Assembly: GCA_049999805.1 (NCBI GenBank)
Contig: JBNGIO010006317.1
Location: 127,315 to 191,314, forward strand
DNA length: 64,000 nucleotides
Source: Folioceros fuciformis
Taxonomy: Eukaryota
Direction: 5' to 3'
How positions within the stretch are numbered: position 1 is the first letter of the stretch; every line of letters starts with the position of its first letter. Below, one piece after another: positions 21,217 to 32,783 of the stretch. Made by a program: the position numbers and the translations under genes. The notes under the pieces are model-generated. The model worked only from the letters and a program-made list of their open reading frames with translations, made no database searches and was not told the origin of the DNA.

Positions 21217-24200
21217 TCACGTGGGGAATGGACCAAACAGAGGGATAAGCATCAGCTCAAACCAAGCTCCAAAGCCAAAAGAGAGCATTATCATTTGCGC
21301 TAAGGCAAGAGCCCCAACAGTCACGAGCTGGTCTTCGAAATCCGACTTGCTCATGCTCCTTGCTTGCAACTCTTCCATCTAGGACGCAACAACATGACAG
21401 TGATTGAGGTTGCGATCCAAGAAGAGATTGCAAGGGAGGCCAGGTGAGCTGAGCTGACAAATGGATTCCAACCTCATGTGTTAAAACCTGGATCTTGGCC
21501 TCTTCCACCAACCTGCGGCTCTCCCCTTGGCTCAAGGGTTCCTCCAACTGAGACCCCGAGCCGGAGGATGCCATTCCCAGTGGACCGCCCTGCGACTGTT
21601 CCAGCATGCGCAAACATTCTTCCAACTCTTGTTGCATGTCCCGTTGTTTTACCAACTCGACCTCCAGCATTTCATACTGCTGGTTCAAGGATCTCATCAA
21701 CTCGTCATTGCCTACTGGGACAGGAGCAGGCGCGAGGGTAGCCTGCTGCTTCCTCACCACCTCTTGCAAGTCAGCGTACTTCTTCTGCAAGCTATGGTAT
21801 GACTCCAAGAGCTGGCCGAGCTTGTCCGGGTCGACTGCAAGCCCCTTCCCCTTCAAGTTGTCCCTTGCCATCCCCTCCTCCTCCTTGGTGGGTGAGAAGA
21901 GGTAATTGTCTATCACCCAGTTGTAGTCCTCAAAATCAACCTTGCTCGTGCTACCATCGGCCGTAGCTTCACCTGGTCTTGCACTTGCACTTAGGTCTTC
22001 CGACTCCCTCATTCTACTCCTCAAGTCGCTCATCTACAGGCATGGCATTTCATGGGTTTCAACCACAATCCATATCAAAACCTCCAAAGCCATCAACAGG
22101 GCATGATTCATGAATGATTCAAGCAACCACCACCCAAGCAACCAACCTCTTGCATTAATTTGCCAACTTCCAACTCGACTTCGGCTCTGCGGCCAACTTC
22201 CTGCTGCAATCGCCCCAGCAGGGACATGTTCTCCTGCGACAGCTGCTCCACGGCAGAGTCTAAACGAGACATACTACTCATTTGCAACTCCAACTGCTCA
22301 CGGAGGCCCCTCTCATGCTCCACCTGCTGTCTGTACATCTCTGCTTGCTCGGCGGCAGAGTCTGAACCAGACATGCTCCTCAATCGCAACTCTAGCTGCT
22401 CACGGAGGCCCCTCTCATGCTCTACCTGTTGTCTGTACATCTCTGCTTGCTCCGCGGCAGAGTCTGAACCAGACATGCTCCTCAATTGCAACCCCAACTG
22501 CTCACGGAGGCCCCTCTCATGCTCCACCTGCTGCCTATACATCTCTGCTTGCTCAGCAGCAGAGTCTGAACCAGACATGCTCCGTACTTGCGACTCCAAC
22601 TGTGCACGGAGGCCCCTCTGATGCTCTGCCTCTTGCTTGTAAACCTCGACCTGTTGTCTGTAAATCTCTGCCTGCTCCGCGGCTTTCATCTTCTCCTCGT
22701 AGTCCATCAGCTTCTTCTCCATTTCCTTCACTTTGGCCTCGTACTCTTTGAGGTCGGCATTGCCGCTTTGCAGTTTGTCCTGGTACTTGTCGATCTGCTG
22801 CTGAAGCTCCACTATCTTCCTGGAGGATTGCTCTGCATACCACTCCAAACCAGAGGGCTTCGTCGGAGCCCGCTTCTTCTCCTCCACAGCGGCAACAGCA
22901 GCTTTCTTCTCGCTCCCACTGCGTATACTTTGTTCCAACCACGACCTGTCACTCTGCATCTCACGCATTCTCTTCTCCTGATCTGTCAACAGGTCATCGC
23001 GCCCCTGCAATTCTTTCTCGTACTGCTGCATTCTCTTCTCTTGCCCCATCAATATCTGACCCCGATTCTGCAACTGCTGCTCGAACCCCTGGAGCTCTAG
23101 TTGCTTCTGTCGCAGCTTCGCCTTCTCTTGATGCAACTGCTTCTGCTCCTCTTCCAATTTTTCCTTCCGATCTTCCGAAACCTCATTCCTTTGAGCAGCC
23201 ACTTGCACGGATCGCCTCTCCAGCGCTGCAACCTGCGCTACCACATAATGTCATTCATCATCTCATGAATGACTCTTATGCCACCATGAATCTCCTCTGA
23301 ATCAGATGCTCGTGCCTTGTTGCGAGATGAGAAAAACTCTCATAGCACCATCTCCTGTGACATGCTTTTGCCTTCCTGGAAGCGCAAAGTCTGACACAGT
23401 TCCGGACCTGCTCTCTTAGCCTTTGAGCCTCGTCCTCAGCAGCACGGCGACGAGCCCTCTCCTGGCCTGCGACCGCCATCTGGTGGCTGACAACCTTCAA
23501 GACCTCCCGCTCCTCGGCCGATACAGGCTTAACCTGAATTGTCCTCTCCGGCTGAGGGCCTCCTTTCAGACCCGCCACAGCGAAGTACTGCGTACGGACG
23601 GCCATGTTCCTGCCCCGGTCCTCTGTCTTGATTATGGCGGGGAGCGTCACCAAGGACATGTCATTCTCGGAGCCTTCATCAATCCTGTAGCTTCTCCCAG
23701 CCGCGTCCGACTGACTACTCTCACCCGCCTCATCCTTCCCTTGAGCGGGGAAGTGGATGTCAGGCTTCTCGAATGCCACAGCCGGTCCTCCCCCCTCCTG
23801 GTCCTGGTCTGCTTCTTCCAGCTGGGGAAACATCCTCCCTTCCTTGAACTTCCCGAAGGCCCCTTCTAGGATCTTCTCCACCAGCTCCGGGGGCGCATCC
23901 TTGGGGAACTCTGTCTCAACCTCTGTGCTGTACACCGTGGCCTCCACAGTAGAGCCCGGTGTGAGCTTGTCCAGTAGAGGCTGAATCAGGGCTTCCGCAA
24001 TGGGACCCTGCTTCCTGGGGCTGGCAGCTGCCCCGTTCCAGGCCCCCTCTGGACTACCTAACTGCATCGCTTCCGCGCTCTTGCTTCTGCTCCTCGCCTT
24101 GGTCGGAGAGTCCGATCCGGACGGCGAGAGCGGTCCGCTTGCCGGCCCCTTCCCCCGAGACCAGAATGCCCAGTTCCAAGGCGGCCGGCTCTCCACCATC

Positions 24201-24934
24201 TGTTTTGACTCTGCAGATCCTCGTCGAGAAGACGACTCCGTGGGTGATCCATTCCCGCCTGAGCCGCGCCGCGACGGCGGGCCGAGGGCGGCCGCTGGAA
24301 GTTCCAACCGTGGGATCTCTTCCACTCCGCGAGATTCTCGACTCTGTGGCGACCCGGAAGAGGCTGGGGACAGAAGCGCCAACCTCCCTACCTTCATCGG
24401 ACCGGCGCTTTGGTTTCTTGCCCTGATCCGTTTCTGTCTAGCGGAAGTGCTATTCGTTGCTGCAGTTGGCGGCGCCCTGTCCCTTGGTGGTGACACTGAT
24501 CTCTCACGCCACTCCGCATAGCTTGGATCTTCCTTCCTCACCTGTCTGCCCAGGGGTTGCCTTGAGGTGATCGGAGACCCTGATCTGTCACGTCTCACGC
24601 TCTTCTCCCCAACAAAAGATTTCTGTGGCACACCGGGGGCGGCGATGGGATACGGAGCAGCTGCTTCCTCGAAGGGAGCTGCAAGTGCAGCCTCTTCATT
24701 TGCTGCAGGGGCGCCTACTTCCTCCCTGACGTTTTTCCATCTTTCCCTAGGTGGAGACCGTGATCTATCACGGCCCGGAGAACTGCTGCTCCTCATTTTG
24801 GGTGACAAATCGGATGCTGGTCTAGACACCTTGCTGAACTTGTCTTTTGAACGTGTCCTCATTGCAGACAACTCAGCCACCTTCTTGCCCCTCTCATTAC
24901 TTCTGTCAGGCTTGGGGATGAACTCGCTGGCCAT
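21217..24934 (-). CDS. Large coiled-coil tail-anchored protein, candidate plant KASH (WIP-like), about 1110 aa, 4 exons
   Basis: Exons 24934-23408, 23232-22147, 22033-21473 and 21378-21217 join in phase 0 at GT-AG sites. S/R/P-rich disordered N-half, then long E/Q/K coiled coils. Last exon: MEELQARSMSKSDFEDQLVTVGALALAQMIMLSFGFGAWFELMLIPLFGPFPT*. The start codon is uncertain. Confidence 0.75.
22251..22640 (-). repeat. 102-bp (34-aa) coding tandem repeat, 3 copies plus partial
   Basis: SMSGSDSAAEQAEMYRQQVEHERGLREQLxLxLR units; cggcagagtc recurs at 22251, 22353 and 22455. Confidence 0.92.
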
Positions 24935-25149
24935 GGGTGCATCGTGGGCACCTGATTCCGAAGGTTGGATATCCCATCTTCTTCCTTGGATTCTGACTCT
25001 TACGGGTTGCAGCCATACACCTGCATCACCTCCCACAACGGGAAACTGGAGACATGAAATCTTGTTCACCACCTGGCATTAAGCTTGCTGCTTTCTCCCC
25101 ACCACCATACAACAAAGTGTACATGTCTTCATTCCAAATCTCTGCTAGT

Positions 25150-27150
25150 AGCTTGAGCCATACTTGAGCTACGGGGAGCACCATGGAAAGAAGGCCCCAA
25201 CCTCATCCACAGTTCAATGCGGTTCAAGGAATTCAGGCATCCACAACCTGATGCTGAGGGCCTTGGAGAACATTAATCCTTTACAGTGCTGACAACAACA
25301 ATTCAGTTGATTGACATCCATGTGACTGATAATGGTTGAGCCTCCTCCGCATTGAGCAGTCTCATCACCTTTCTCTCCAAACAAACTTGTGCATTCTCAA
25401 TCATAAATTCGAATCGTATTCAACATATTGAAAGCCAATATCACAAAACAATGTTTCTCTAAACTTCTCCTCCCAACTATCATTATTCATTTATAGATAT
25501 TGCGATTCTTTTTTCTTTTTCTTAATTTTTAGACGCATCCCATTCTTATGAAAACTTTGTCTACTTCCCTTATGGGTTCAAAATATTATTTTATAACTAA
25601 TATAAAATATACTCTTTTTTCAAAACCTTGATCTCAAATCTTGTATTGACACAATAATCTCAATTTTTGTCCATAGAAGAAATAAAATCTTATTTATTCA
25701 TTAAACAATCTTGAATTTTTGTACCACATGAAAATTTGATTGATTCTTTGTATCTTTGGTAACTTTTACTTAGAATCTTTCTTAGTCCCTCTAGATCTCA
25801 AATATTTTTTTATCTATTTTAGAAAAACAACATGAAAAAACTCATCTACACATAGAAAGAAGACCGTAAAACATCATGCTCTCTCAATACTTTGCAATCC
25901 TTTTCCATATCTCTTAGCATTTTTAATGATTTGAGTGAGAAATAGAAGTCACTTGTGAACTAAGCACAGAGAATGTAGAAAAGGTTTCTAATGACATTTT
26001 TTTAATAAGCACAAGTATCTAGATTAAGAAAAAAAAAATGAAGGAAAGAAGGAAGAAAGAAAGATAGAAATCCACACTCTCAACTAGTTTATCTTAGAAA
26101 ATAATATATTATTTTTATTTTTATTTTATCATTTTTATCTATTTATTTTTATAAATTCAATCACGTACCATCTTCTCTTCCAAATCGCAAATACAAGTGG
26201 GTAATATAAGAAGATCTCATTTTTCATAGGAAGATCATTTTTATTTAATACCCTTTGTATATGCCAATCTCTCATTGTATCAAATTAGAATAAAAAATAT
26301 CATAAACATAAGTGAATTTTTGTTCTCATCTTCTTTCCCTTCTATTTTCAACTTGTATTTTTTTATCTATTTTTATTTTTTAATCTAAAATAAATAATTA
26401 TGTTTTATAACAGTCTNNNNNNNNNNNNNNNNNNNNNNNNNNNNNNNNNNNNNNNNNNNNNNNNNNNNNNNNNNNNNNNNNNNNNNNNNNNNNNNNNNNN
26501 NNNNNNNNNNNNNNNNATAACAGTCTTCAATAGATCCCTTCATTGATACAGGGACCTTCATACATTTTTTTCAATCATATCTTTTATCTTTGTCTTTGTT
26601 GTAATTCCAATATCACATGAAGATTTATTTCATGCTTTCATGCTTAACTCTAGTTTGAAAACCATTTTAATAGAGGTGGTCCAACAAATAAACAAAGATG
26701 GTCGAAATATAGAATGTGACAACATCTTTGCTCATTACATGAAATCCTCATTCTCATCTAATCTAATTTAAATATAGAGAAATAAAAGAGAAAATAATTA
26801 ATACAAGTAAATATAAATATTTAGAGGTAAAAATATATATATATTTATTCTATCAAAATTTACCTTCTTCTTTTCATTTCTATTCACTCATCTATGTTTA
26901 GTATATAGAGATCCTTGTTCGAATTAAATTATTTAATATAGTTATATTTCCAACATCTCATCCGTGCTTAAAAGGTCTGGTTCACAATAACCAGGTATTT
27001 CACCTCACGAAGTATGTACAAGTCAAAAATCAATCCCATTGATATACAGTTTAACATATTTAAGATTGAAATCTTAATTTAATTAAAAAAAACCTCTTAT
27101 GTTTATATTATTTAAAAGTCATTTCGTCTATGACATAAACGACTAGCACG
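25150..27150 (-). mobile_element. AT-rich, highly decayed retroelement-like relic (possible LINE ORF2 remnants)
   Basis: Sharp drop in GC and no ORFs. Minus-strand scraps such as LPKIQRINQIFMW and RYLCL weakly resemble LINE RT C-terminal motifs. Confidence 0.3.
26417..26516. other. Assembly gap (100 N)
   Basis: Run of N, with ataacagtct on both sides. Confidence 0.99.
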
Positions 27151-27393
27151 TTACCCAAAGCTTGGAAGAGGACTACTGTCGGCAGGCTTGCCGGGAATGC
27201 TGATGTTCATGTGGTGCCGATGTAGGAGCTGGATTGGAGAGGTGGCATGCCTGTCCATGCACCTTCGAATTACCTACAGGCCCGTCTGGCGGGGTCTCAC
27301 AATTTGGTAGCTTGCAGAATGCGTGGGCATGCATGATACCGGGGCCACTCTGCCATCGTCTTTTAGACACAACCCGACCTCGGTCCCTGAACG

Positions 27394-30300
27394 ATGGCCA
27401 CAGTATGGCAACTGGACCCGTTCTGTGTCCAGCAAATTGGTGCGTCTCCAGGGATTATTCCACGAGGAGCTGCTGCTCACCTGATGGTAGGGAGCCAGCC
27501 CCTGGCGAAGAATGCCTTCAGGTGCAGCAGTGCGAGGAGCTCGGCAGCTCCGCTTCCAGGAAGATCTGTACATGGGGACGGGATTTTAAGTGATGGTCGT
27601 TGCCAGGAGCAGGAGCAATTGTGGGAACGATTTTTTATGGAACCGACCATGTGGTGGGACAACAGACGAGATAAGAGGAGCTCCCGTTCGCCTGACTTCC
27701 GGCGTAAGGGGTCCGGTGAGGTCCTGTGGTTGAACAGCATGTTCAAGCCAGCTTGGGTTGATGAGCAGCTCGTTTCCTTGGATACGCAGATGGGTCGCGG
27801 TGGCTCTCTTTCCGAGTCCAGCGCTACGGACAAGCCTGGATCTGGGGGGTGTGGAGGGTTGGGAATGGGCGTCGTAACGGATGCAACCGTGAGCATGTTG
27901 TGTCAGCAGGGGGAGCTCTCTGAGGCTGTTGGAGCCCTGGAATCTCTGGTGCAGACAGATTCTGCGGTTTCTCAGTCTCTGCTTTACACTGTGTTGAAGC
28001 TGTGTACAGCTAAGAGGGATCTGGCTGCGGGACGACGAGTTCATCGTCTCACTGCCAAACTGGGGTTCGAGTCGAGCGCGTACTTGGGGAACCATATCTT
28101 GCGCATGTATTCATCTGGAGGTAGGCTGCAGGAGGCCATGGATGTGTTCACCAAGGTGGAAAAACCAAATGTGTTCATGTGGTTTTCCATAATCTCTGCC
28201 CATGCTAAGCACGGGAAACCTAAGGAGGCCATACAGCTGTACCATGACATGCGTAGGTCAGGAGTGAAGGCGAATGGTCACGTCTTTGTGGCTGCCCTGC
28301 AGGCTTGCGCAGGTGCTGCCGACTTGGAATCTGGGAGAGAAGTGCACTGTGATGTGTTGCACAGTGGCACTCCCACTGACTTGTTTGTTGGCAACGGCCT
28401 GGTGGTCATGTATGTAAAATGTGGTGAGATGAAAGATGCTCGCCAGGTTTTCGAGAGCATGGCCTCGAAGGATGTGGTGACATGGACGGCGCTGGTATCT
28501 GGTTATGCAAAACGTGGTGAACTTGAAGATGCTCGCCAGGTTTTCGACAGCATGAGCACGAAGAATGTTGTGACATGGACTGCGCTGATAGCTGGGTACG
28601 CCGAGCTAGGGCTCGAACAGGAGGCGCTTGTTTTGTATGGACAAATGGAGCAGGAGGGCCTCGTTTTGGCTGACCGTGTTGCTTTTGCTTGCCTTCTGAA
28701 GTGCTGTGGAGGCGCCGGTGCCTTACAGAAGGGCAGGCAGTTGCACTCACAGATAGTCGAAAGAGGGCTGCTGGATGACGTAGTGGTTGGCAACTGCCTG
28801 GTGGACATGTATGCCAAATGTGGCGAACTGGAAGATGCACGCCAGGTTTTTGACAGCATGAACACGAGGGACGTGGTGACGTGGACCGCCCTGATATCCG
28901 GGTATGCACATCAGGGACTCGGTCGAGAAGCACTTGCTGTGTATGATGAAATGGAGGAGGAGGACGTTATTGTGGCTAACCATGTTACTTTTGCTTGCCT
29001 TCTGAAGGCCTGTGGAAGCGCAGGTGCCTTACAGAAGGGCAGGCAGCTACACTCACTGATTGCCAAACGAGGGTTGCTGGATAACGTAGTGGTGGGCACC
29101 TGCCTGGTGGACATGTATGTAAAATTTGGTGAACTGGATGACGCACGCCAGGTGTTTAACAGCTTGGCCACAAAGAATGTGGTGACATGGACTGCGTTGA
29201 TTGCTGGGTATGCACAGCAAGGACTTGGCCAAGAGGCGCTTGTTGTGTATGGGCAAATGGAGGAGGCGGGCCTCATTTTGGCTGACCAGGTTACGTTTGC
29301 TTGCCTTCTGAAGGCCTGTGGAAGCACTGGTGCCTTACAGAAGGGCAGGCAGCTGCACTCACAGATTGTCAGAAGAGGACTGCTGGATGATATAGTGCTG
29401 GGCAACTGCTTGGTGGACATGTATGCAAAATGTGGCGAACTGAAAGATGCACTCCAGATTTTTGACGGCATGAGCACGAAGGATGTGGTGACATGGACCG
29501 CCCTGATATCTGGGCATGGCAGCTGTGATGAGGGTCACAAGGCACTTACTTGTTTTGAGGAGATGTTAGTTGCCGGTATTCAGCCAAATGATGCTACTTT
29601 TACTTGTCTTTTAGTAGCATGCAGTCATGAGGGACTGGTTGAGGAGGGTCGCAACCTCTTTGATTCTATGGGCGAACAGCATGGCACCAGACCTACTGTT
29701 GAGCATTACACTTGCATGATTGATCTGCTTGGGCGCGCTGGCCACTTAGATGAGGCAAAGGACATGCTGTTATCATGTGAGGGCCAAAGTAATGTTGTAG
29801 GGTTGACATCTTTGTTGACTGCCTGCCAAAGTCACGGGGATCTAGAAAGGGCAATCTGGTGTTTTGAAAGCATTGTTAAGCTTGACCCCCAGGAGGGACC
29901 CGCCTATGTGCTCATGGCCAATGCCTATGCAGACGCAGGCAGGTGGGCCGATGTAGACAGAATTGAAACACAGAGAAGGGCAGCAGGAGCTAACAAGAAA
30001 CCTGCACTGGCGACCATTGAGGTGAACAAAGAGGTACAGAGATTTCTGGTGGGAGAAAGGAGAGACGATATTGCGCTGAAGGTGGAGAGCACAAATGCTC
30101 GTCTGAAGCAGGAAGGAGGCCACGTACCTCACACAAAGTTGGTATTGAAGCCACTATGTGAGAAGGAGAAGGAAGATCTCCTTTGTGGGCATGCTGAGAA
30201 GCTAGCTCTGGCGTATGGTCTCTTGAACACTCCGAGTGGCACACCTCTGATGGTAACCAAAAATCTCCGCATGTGCAGTGACTGCCACAGCTCCACGGAG

Positions 30301-30399
30301 ATCATGTCAAGGCTTGAACAAAGAGACATTGTTGTAAGGGATGGGTACCGTGTGCATCGATTTGCAGCTGGGTGTTGCAGTTGTAAGGGTCGGCCGTGA
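27394..30399 (+). CDS. PLS-class PPR-E1-E2-DYW:KP protein (GRP-ending), candidate organellar U-to-C editing factor, with N-terminal PDF motif
   Basis: Intronless 1001-aa ORF: transit-peptide-like N-terminus, about 18 P/L/S motifs, E1/E2, then KKPALATIEV...HAEKLA...KNLRMCSDCH...HRF...CSCKGRP*. Confidence 0.95.
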   Translation: MATVWQLDPFCVQQIGASPGIIPRGAAAHLMVGSQPLAKNAFRCSSARSSAAPLPGRSVHGDGILSDGRCQEQEQLWERFFMEPTMWWDNRRDKRSSRSPDFRRKGSGEVLWLNSMFKPAWVDEQLVSLDTQMGRGGSLSESSATDKPGSGGCGGLGMGVVTDATVSMLCQQGELSEAVGALESLVQTDSAVSQSLLYTVLKLCTAKRDLAAGRRVHRLTAKLGFESSAYLGNHILRMYSSGGRLQEAMDVFTKVEKPNVFMWFSIISAHAKHGKPKEAIQLYHDMRRSGVKANGHVFVAALQACAGAADLESGREVHCDVLHSGTPTDLFVGNGLVVMYVKCGEMKDARQVFESMASKDVVTWTALVSGYAKRGELEDARQVFDSMSTKNVVTWTALIAGYAELGLEQEALVLYGQMEQEGLVLADRVAFACLLKCCGGAGALQKGRQLHSQIVERGLLDDVVVGNCLVDMYAKCGELEDARQVFDSMNTRDVVTWTALISGYAHQGLGREALAVYDEMEEEDVIVANHVTFACLLKACGSAGALQKGRQLHSLIAKRGLLDNVVVGTCLVDMYVKFGELDDARQVFNSLATKNVVTWTALIAGYAQQGLGQEALVVYGQMEEAGLILADQVTFACLLKACGSTGALQKGRQLHSQIVRRGLLDDIVLGNCLVDMYAKCGELKDALQIFDGMSTKDVVTWTALISGHGSCDEGHKALTCFEEMLVAGIQPNDATFTCLLVACSHEGLVEEGRNLFDSMGEQHGTRPTVEHYTCMIDLLGRAGHLDEAKDMLLSCEGQSNVVGLTSLLTACQSHGDLERAIWCFESIVKLDPQEGPAYVLMANAYADAGRWADVDRIETQRRAAGANKKPALATIEVNKEVQRFLVGERRDDIALKVESTNARLKQEGGHVPHTKLVLKPLCEKEKEDLLCGHAEKLALAYGLLNTPSGTPLMVTKNLRMCSDCHSSTEIMSRLEQRDIVVRDGYRVHRFAAGCCSCKGRP

Positions 30400-32783
30400 G
30401 AATTTAGATAAGCAGCCTGTGCTCAAGTGTGTAGACTAGACACATTGCTTTGCTGCGGGGGTCAACATACTTTTTTAACCCCACACCTGTCCGAACTGAG
30501 ACATGGACATGGGTGACTCATACTGGACTTGGCATCCAGAATCAGAAGCGAGCGGCGCATCGAACTTGGGGCGACTGCCCCTTCTGGATGCACTCACAAT
30601 CTCGCCGGGTCACGGAAATCAGGAATCCGGGGTGCAAGCCTGGAATTTGGCTCATCCGGTGAATTGCAAGGCTCTGCAATTGCCACCTTAAGAACCCAGT
30701 GCTTTCAAAGGGCTTCACAAAGGCAAGTAAATGTAATGTGGTCAGGCAAACATGAGACCCTCCTCTTCCCTCCGTCCATACACAACAATCCCCTGGGGCC
30801 CAGTCCTTGCTGTGCACAGGGGCAACTGCTGTGGACAGGAGCCGGATCAGAGCATCACTCGGAGTTCAGGCCGGTTAGTTAGGTTGCCCTGAGATGCCTC
30901 CTGTTCTGATGCTAGCAGTGACTGGAACTCGAGATTTTAAATTTCAAAAACTGCGTGCCCCGTCTCTGAACATGAGGAGCAGCACATCAAACAATCTCTT
31001 GAGGCTGTAGAAGGACTGTCCCGACTTCTCCTCTAACCGTTTACTGTCCACGGGTCAGCCTCATTCAAAATGGTAGGACAGGTGATAAAGCCCACATGCC
31101 GTCCAAAATCTTGGTCGTGCAGAATGACTGCGTCTCAATCTCCGAAGCCATGAATGCTTTCACTCGTGTTAAAGCCTACGTGGCATGCCGTCCCCCATCC
31201 ATCCAAAGAACTTCATACGCCTAAGGCTAACCAGCACACATACGCTTTTGCCGCGATGCATTGTGCCATAACCCTCAGCGCGGTTGGCCTCCCTCTTCCC
31301 CGATCTCTCTTCCTCTCCTCCCGCCCTCGTTGAGATTTCGATTTCTTCACTCCGCTGCCGTGCATTTGATGGGGGAGGATTACTCAGATACATTTGTTTG
31401 CATCTTCGCTTCCATTGAAGGCAGAATTGTACACATTCAGATCAGGTTTCAAACTCCTCTGCAGATGCCAATCGTAACCCACATTTCCTATCATGTACAT
31501 ATATCGTCTCAGATCAGGCAATGGTGCGCGGGCTGGTAGTGAGTCCTGCCAGCCTCGTTCAAACGATGGAGCTTTCTCAATTGAAACGTAAATCCACTAC
31601 TCCCTGCCAACCGTGCTTCAGCCAAGTTTGGCCTGCGAAAGCAAGCGTGCTGCATTCCATGGACTGCAGAGGACTGACGTGGAGGGACGACCAGACGCGG
31701 GTGGGATCGTGTATGCTTCGTTCAGCCCGTCCGGTCCTATTGCCCTGCGGCGCTGACGCTGATAACGCAACGCCGTAAAAACCGTATGTGAGCTGATTGA
31801 GAGAATGTGAGCTGATTGAGCCGTCGGAGATCGAGAAACAGGCGTGCAGACTGGAGCACGTCCGTGGTGCATTAAATTCGCTTCTGTGGCACCTCTGGTG
31901 GTCCCCATGTTCCTTTTCGGAGGCATAAAGGCAACAGGAGCAGAAGCAGAGTACCGAGGCGATTTCTAAATTACGTAGGAAGTAGGACCGCCTTCATCGG
32001 GTGGGACAAAACCACGCACTTGGAAGCAAAAGCAAGAGTGATAATTAAACACTAGCCCGCCCTCCAGCCCTCCGCTCTCTTTGGGGTGCTTCGGGTTCTA
32101 TTATTGCCAACACCTTTTTGTTTTTTATTTGGTCAGAGTACTATATTCCATTCTGTAGTACTCACCCCCGGTTGCCACAATGGAGAGTCCGTGCGTCTTC
32201 ATAGCCCTTCTGAGGACGCTATGGAGACAGAAATCCATCGAATACTTGCCCGTTCACAGCCGAAGCTTGCAAGGGCCACACCATTCGCAAGAATTTGCGA
32301 CTTCTGATGCCACCCCAGATTCCATTCCTGACCCCAGGAAAGCTGCAAAACCTGGACATCATGTTGCCAAGGAATGGTAGATGGGGGAGCACGTCTCTTC
32401 GCTGTCATGCCATGTGTCCACCTGGGTCTCTTCCACCCAGCCATATTTTAGGCATCTTAGTGAATCTGGAGGTTCAGGAGTTTGTTGTCGCTGGAAATGG
32501 TTGTTCTTTTCCGGGGAGACAATGTATTGGACGCCCTTGAGGGACCCATTAGTCGTACCGATCGAGTACGGAACACAGTCTCTCTCTAGACAGACTGTCC
32601 CATCAGAAACTCGTCTCTCAGAAGCATCGTCGTGTGTGAGTGCTGCAAAAATGTGATTGCATGGTTCCGGGAATCCGAGTGGTGTGCAAGCTTGCATCAC
32701 ACACTCTTGAAGCATGAGGACTTTTTATGAGGTGGGAATAAAGAATAAATGCAGTATCCGACGACGTGCTGCGATTGCTACTG

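Noticed and set aside
21257-21472. ORF-track C-terminus VGIHLSAQ...FWLWSLV of the coiled-coil gene
   Set aside because: Read-through of an intron into a different frame; the spliced frame gives a coherent TM plus tail.
30450-32700. Many short ORFs between the PPR and PPO genes
   Set aside because: No recognisable motif or consistent exon chain; may be decayed gene sequence but cannot be supported.
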